Part shown: piece by piece, positions 60,123-64,000 of the stretch | Numbering within the stretch: the stretch's first letter is position 1 | Layout of the letters: each line of letters opens with the position of its first letter | DNA from: Candidatus Latescibacterota bacterium | Lineage (GTDB): Bacteria > Latescibacterota > UBA2968 > UBA8231 | DNA length: 64,000 nucleotides | Reading direction: 5' to 3' | NCBI GenBank assembly: GCA_965208105.1 | Contig: OZ242318.1 | Location: 1,792,001 to 1,856,000 of the forward strand | Position numbers and translations under genes: made by a program | The notes under the pieces: model-generated | The model's input: only the letters and a program-made list of their open reading frames with translations | What the model was told of the DNA's origin: nothing | The model's database searches: none

Positions 60123-61301
60123 TCAAGTTGCGCCGCCTGCCGGGACGATTTTGCCGAGGACCACCGGCCGCCCCGCCCCGGTTGCCGCCGGCAGGTTGCC
60201 GCAGCGACCCATCAGGGTCTCGTTCGCAAGCACTGCAAAAGCCAGGGCTTCGCGGCCGTCGGCCGGAATTCCCAGCCCCTCGATGGATGCCACGCGCAAC
60301 TCCGGCAAACCCGTTCTCAGCTGCTCCATCAGCACCGGGTTGTGGACTCCGCCGCCGCCGACCCAGAGCTCTTCCATTGCCGCCTCGGGGACGAAGGCGC
60401 GAATTCCGGCGATGATGGCGCCGGAGGTGAAGGCGGTCAAGGTGGCCGCCAGATCGTCTGCCGCCAGATCCACCTGCGCCATAATCGCGCCCAGGAAGGT
60501 TGCCCCGAACTCCTCGCGCCCGGTGGACTTGGGCGGAGGCTTGTGAAGGAATCCGTGCCCGAGAAGGCGGCCCAGGAGCTCCTGGTCCACCTTTCCCGCG
60601 GCCGCCCTGCGCCCGTCGCGGTCGCAGCGCTCGGCACCTCCGCTGAAATGGGATACCGCCCCGTCCACGAGCATGTTGCCCGGGCCGATGTCGAAGGCCA
60701 TGACCTGGTCAGGGGAGGCGGCGGCCGGCAGCACCGTCAGGTTGGCGATGCCGCCGATGTTCAGCAGCAGGCGGCCGCGCTCGGCGTCGCCGCACAGCAG
60801 GTAATCGGCCAGGGGAACGAGGGGAGCGCCCTGGCCGCCAACGGCCATGTCCGCCGGGCGGAAATCGGCAATGGTGGTGATCCCGGTGCGCTGGGCGATA
60901 ACCGCCGGTTCTCCGATCTGCAGCGTAGCCGCCGGGCTCGCCCGGGGCAGGTGGCGAACCGTCTGACCGTGGGAGCCGATCAGGTCCACCGCGGCCGGCT
61001 CAAGTCCCGCCGCGGCGATAACCTCCAGTGCGGCCTCCGCAAAAGCCTCCCCCAGGGCGAAATTCAGGCGGCAAAGCTCGTCGAGACCGGCGTCCGCCTC
61101 GAAGAGAGAGAAGACCCGGGCCCTCAGGTCCTCCTTCAGCTCCACGGTCTCGAATGCCAGAATCTCGCAGCGGGTATCCCTGCCGCACCCCTCGACATCC
61201 ACCAAAAGAGCATCGATGCCATCGGCGGAAGTGCCCGAGATCAATCCGACGATGCGGCGCCTTTCCCTGGCGATCAGTTCTTCCATCCGTGCGGCCATCA
61301 T
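60123..61301 (-). CDS. anmK: Anhydro-N-acetylmuramic acid kinase
   Basis: 'GLISGTSADGID', 'GSHGQT', 'DFR.AD.A.GGQGAPLVP', 'NIGGIAN.T', 'PPKSTGRE.F', 'GGG..N'. Confidence 0.96.
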   Translation of the reverse strand: MMAARMEELIARERRRIVGLISGTSADGIDALLVDVEGCGRDTRCEILAFETVELKEDLRARVFSLFEADAGLDELCRLNFALGEAFAEAALEVIAAAGLEPAAVDLIGSHGQTVRHLPRASPAATLQIGEPAVIAQRTGITTIADFRPADMAVGGQGAPLVPLADYLLCGDAERGRLLLNIGGIANLTVLPAAASPDQVMAFDIGPGNMLVDGAVSHFSGGAERCDRDGRRAAAGKVDQELLGRLLGHGFLHKPPPKSTGREEFGATFLGAIMAQVDLAADDLAATLTAFTSGAIIAGIRAFVPEAAMEELWVGGGGVHNPVLMEQLRTGLPELRVASIEGLGIPADGREALAFAVLANETLMGRCGNLPAATGAGRPVVLGKIVPAGGAT

Positions 61302-62770
61302 GTCTCCCGGGGCATCGATGGAGGGGGAAGCGGGGGGCGGCCTCCCCCCGAAATGGCGGGAACCCTGCGGCCGACCACTGCGACGAAGCCGAAGATCATG
61401 GCGAAAACCAGGGCGAAACGTCCGTTCACCATGGCGGCGTCACTTGCTCCCAGTACCGCCATGGCCAGCAGCACGGACACCGCGCCGGCCGCGAAAGCTC
61501 TGGCCTGGGCATCCCCGCTGGACCGGAAAACGGCAAGGGCAAGCCGCAGCACCTTCAGGTACAACCATCCAAAGGCCAACAGGCCGGCAATCCCCATCTT
61601 CAGAAGCAAGGTCAAATACAGGCTGTCCACCGTCCAGGTTGTGGTGCGCTCGAATCCCATGAATTCCTCGTTGAAGGTCAACACCCCGATGGTCTTGCCC
61701 TGTCCGCTGCCGAGAATGGGGCGCCGTTCGATCTCTTCGAGTGCGACCATGTAGGAGGAGATGCGGCCCAGCACGTGCACGTCCCGCTGGATATCCACAA
61801 AGGTGCGCGACCGCTCCAGGGCATGGGCGCTTATGGCCGTTCCGGTGAAACGCTGAAAAAGCAGGGCCGTGGCCCCGACGAACGCCAGGATGGCCACCAG
61901 CAGAGCGACTGTGCTCCAGACCCTGGGGCGCGGACCCCGGCGGGCGAGGTGCCTCAGGCACACCGCGGCGACGAGGCCCGCAGCAAAAGCGACCCACATG
62001 CCCCGTCCAACCGTGAGGACGAGGGCGAGACCCATGGGTACCGAAAGACAGGCCAGAACCAGACGGCCATAGCGCCGTGGATCGTGGATGAATTGGTTGG
62101 CGACGAACAACAAAGCCACGGGCAGGACCAGGCCCTGAAGGCGGGCGACCCGCGCAAACCGGCTTCCCATCGAGAGGTCGACAGCGCCGAGGAACTCGAG
62201 GACGTACTCTATCCCGACCACCAGGCCGGACGCCAGAAGCAGCGGCAGAAAGAGCCTCAGGACCGCCCTCTCATCGACAAAGTGGGTGACCAGGAAGAAC
62301 GCCGAGTAGTAGAGAAGGAAGCGCCCGTCGCGCAGAATCACCGAGGTTGAATTCTGGTAGATCAACCCGACCGCCATTGACACCAGGGTCAGCGCCAGGA
62401 AGGCGAGAACGGCGCGGTCCAGGGCGCTGCTGCGCAGCCGCAGGCCGCGCAGGTAGAAGACATCAATGAAGGCGAAGCCGAAGGCGGCCAGCATCAGGCC
62501 CTCCTGGATGCGAAGCCCACCGGGCAGCACCAGCATCATCAGCACCGTGCCCGGCAGCACGATGGTCCCCACCAGGAGAATAGCGAGGGTGCGGCGCACC
62601 GAAAAGAGGGCCAAGGCGAATCCCAGCAGCAGGGCGCTAGACATCCAGACAAAGTGCGGCGCGACAAACGCGGGAACGGCCACCAGGAGCACCAGCCCCG
62701 AACCAACCGCCAGGATCAGCCGGCCGTTGCCCGGGTCCAGCCAGTCGAAAGGAGGACGAGCCGGGGTCAT
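61298..62770 (-). CDS. O-antigen ligase/Wzy_C family membrane protein
   Basis: About 12 TM segments, 'LT.GRG.W', 'R...Y..A...I..RPILG.G.G', 'L..LL.MGI.G'. True start at the ATG at 62770, overlapping the upstream stop. Confidence 0.82.
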   Translation of the reverse strand: MTPARPPFDWLDPGNGRLILAVGSGLVLLVAVPAFVAPHFVWMSSALLLGFALALFSVRRTLAILLVGTIVLPGTVLMMLVLPGGLRIQEGLMLAAFGFAFIDVFYLRGLRLRSSALDRAVLAFLALTLVSMAVGLIYQNSTSVILRDGRFLLYYSAFFLVTHFVDERAVLRLFLPLLLASGLVVGIEYVLEFLGAVDLSMGSRFARVARLQGLVLPVALLFVANQFIHDPRRYGRLVLACLSVPMGLALVLTVGRGMWVAFAAGLVAAVCLRHLARRGPRPRVWSTVALLVAILAFVGATALLFQRFTGTAISAHALERSRTFVDIQRDVHVLGRISSYMVALEEIERRPILGSGQGKTIGVLTFNEEFMGFERTTTWTVDSLYLTLLLKMGIAGLLAFGWLYLKVLRLALAVFRSSGDAQARAFAAGAVSVLLAMAVLGASDAAMVNGRFALVFAMIFGFVAVVGRRVPAISGGGRPPLPPPSMPRET

Positions 62771-63975
62771 CTGTTCCCTCCTCCATCCCGGCGCTGCCGC
62801 CACCGGGACAGCTGGCCATCCAGGATCAGGGCCGCCGGCCCCATCAGGGCCGCGTCCACCGGAAGGCGAAACCTGGTGTGAGCGAAGAAGACGACGTGGA
62901 CCAGCGACAACGACAGCAGCAGGGTGCCCGCGACCCAGGCCTCCGGACGGCCCCGGAGCCGCCAGAGACCCCAGCCCCCCAACATCAGCAGGGGACCGCT
63001 GGAGAGCAGTGCGATCAGGTTGCGCTGCATGGACTCGCCCAGGGCCAGCGGGCTCCAGAGATAGATGAGCTTGCGCAGGGCCAACCGGGCGAAGCGCAGG
63101 GGCGACTCCGCAATTTGTTCCACCACGCTCCCGGCGAGGGCGCGGTCCCGCGCCACGGCAGGCTCTATTCCTCCCACCAGTTCCCGGGCCATGCCCAGGT
63201 AGTCCGTTCCCCGGCGGTAGACTCCCGTGGCCTGCGGTTCGTTGCCGATCATCAGATTCATTCCCAGGTTCGAGGAGAAGGGAACGAAATAGCCGGTGAC
63301 CGCCGCGTTGCGCGCGGTCCATGGCGCGAGGGTCAGGGCGGAGACGCCGAGCACCAGCGCGACCCGGGCAGCCCGCCGGACATCCCCCTGCGGGCGTCGC
63401 CGCCACCAGCCCCACAGCAGCAGGGGCAGCCATGGGAGGACAACGGGCTTGCACAGCAACGCCAGCCCGAAGACGAATCCCGTCAACGCGGCGTTCCTCC
63501 AGGTAGGAAGGGACTCCATGCGCAGCGCCAGCAGGACGACGGCGGTGGTCAACAAGACGAGTAGAGTCTCTGCCATGAGCGCCGAGCAGAAGAACACCAT
63601 CAGCGGATAGAGTGCGCCCAGAACGGCGGCGATCAGGCCGCATCTCTCCCCTCCGAGATACCTGCCGATTCCGAAGAGCAGGGCGCAGGTAACGGTCCCC
63701 AGAAACGCCTGCCACAGCCGCACCGCCAGGAGATCTTGGCCGCAAACATTGTAGATGGCCGCCAGCATCAGGGGATAGAGCGGCGGACGGTAGGTGCCGG
63801 AGTCGGGATGGAGCAGTCCGTGGTGCAGGTATATCTTCGCCTGGGCGTCCCAGTTGGCTTCGTCGGTGGAGGCGGTCAGGCCCTCGCGGGTCAATCCGAA
63901 TCCGGCGCGCAGGGCCAGCGCCGCGGCGAGCACCAGCCACAGCATCCGCCGCCCTCCCGCACGGGACGCGCTCAT
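62767..63975 (-). CDS. GT-C fold membrane glycosyltransferase (ArnT/PMT_2-like)
   Basis: 'DE' after TM1, 'RPPLYP', 'LMAETL', 'L.KP', 'PW..RN', 'RFRLP'. Confidence 0.78.
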   Translation of the reverse strand: MSASRAGGRRMLWLVLAAALALRAGFGLTREGLTASTDEANWDAQAKIYLHHGLLHPDSGTYRPPLYPLMLAAIYNVCGQDLLAVRLWQAFLGTVTCALLFGIGRYLGGERCGLIAAVLGALYPLMVFFCSALMAETLLVLLTTAVVLLALRMESLPTWRNAALTGFVFGLALLCKPVVLPWLPLLLWGWWRRRPQGDVRRAARVALVLGVSALTLAPWTARNAAVTGYFVPFSSNLGMNLMIGNEPQATGVYRRGTDYLGMARELVGGIEPAVARDRALAGSVVEQIAESPLRFARLALRKLIYLWSPLALGESMQRNLIALLSSGPLLMLGGWGLWRLRGRPEAWVAGTLLLSLSLVHVVFFAHTRFRLPVDAALMGPAALILDGQLSRWRQRRDGGGNR

Positions 63976-64000
63976 TTCTCGGCCCCCGGCTTGCGCGCCA

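Noticed and set aside
38674-60546. Several long plus-strand ORFs (38674-40179, 45499-46920, 48207-49475, 58630-60546)
   Set aside because: Antisense to well-supported minus-strand genes, with no recognisable domains.
62771-63940. N-terminal 390-aa extension of the 880-aa ORF (apparent fusion to the O-antigen ligase)
   Set aside because: Arg/Pro/Gly-rich alternate frame overlapping the real GT-C gene. The true start is 62770 (ATGA coupling).
63972-64000. 3' end of a further upstream minus-strand gene (TGA overlapping the GT-C start)
   Set aside because: Only about 9 codons are visible, too few to assign.

Overview
GC-rich bacterial chromosomal segment, densely coding, with about 55 genes. 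No rRNA, tRNA, CRISPR array or transposase was recognised. Gene content (PorZ-like propeller with a FlgD/T9SS-type C-terminal domain, DUF4159/DUF4175/MoxR/DUF58 block, several secreted PQQ-like beta-propellers) suggests an FCB-affiliated lineage such as Latescibacterota; this is inference only. From left to right: exbB-exbD-exbD; an enolase-family dehydratase; SulP, uxaC, dtd, maf, rodZ-like, priA; a PorZ-like/DUF4159/DUF4175/TPR/conserved hypothetical/MoxR/DUF58 envelope block; a sufBCDSUT-Rrf2 operon with a duplicated palindromic operator; a monocistronic histone H1-like Lys/Ala/Pro repeat gene; NAD salvage genes (pncA, pncB, nadE) around an orphan skp; a 17-gene, 22-kb minus-strand operon; then cupin, SMP-30 lactonase, M16C peptidase, anmK, O-antigen ligase and a GT-C glycosyltransferase. 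The best candidate for an undescribed system is the 17-gene operon (33304-55464). It combines a GriC/EhpF-type adenylating enzyme with a GriD/EhpG-like Glu-less aldehyde-dehydrogenase-fold protein (a putative carboxylate reductase), an Fe-alcohol dehydrogenase, a HemN-like radical SAM enzyme, a PaaK-like CoA ligase, a flavin halogenase-like enzyme, a thioesterase, a CxxC-bearing GT4, an SSS importer, an ABC exporter and four secreted beta-propellers. It has no PKS, NRPS or phenazine core. Two ~165-bp ERIC-like palindromic elements sit inside it, each starting at the stop codon of the upstream gene. All family calls come from motif recognition by eye, not database searches.
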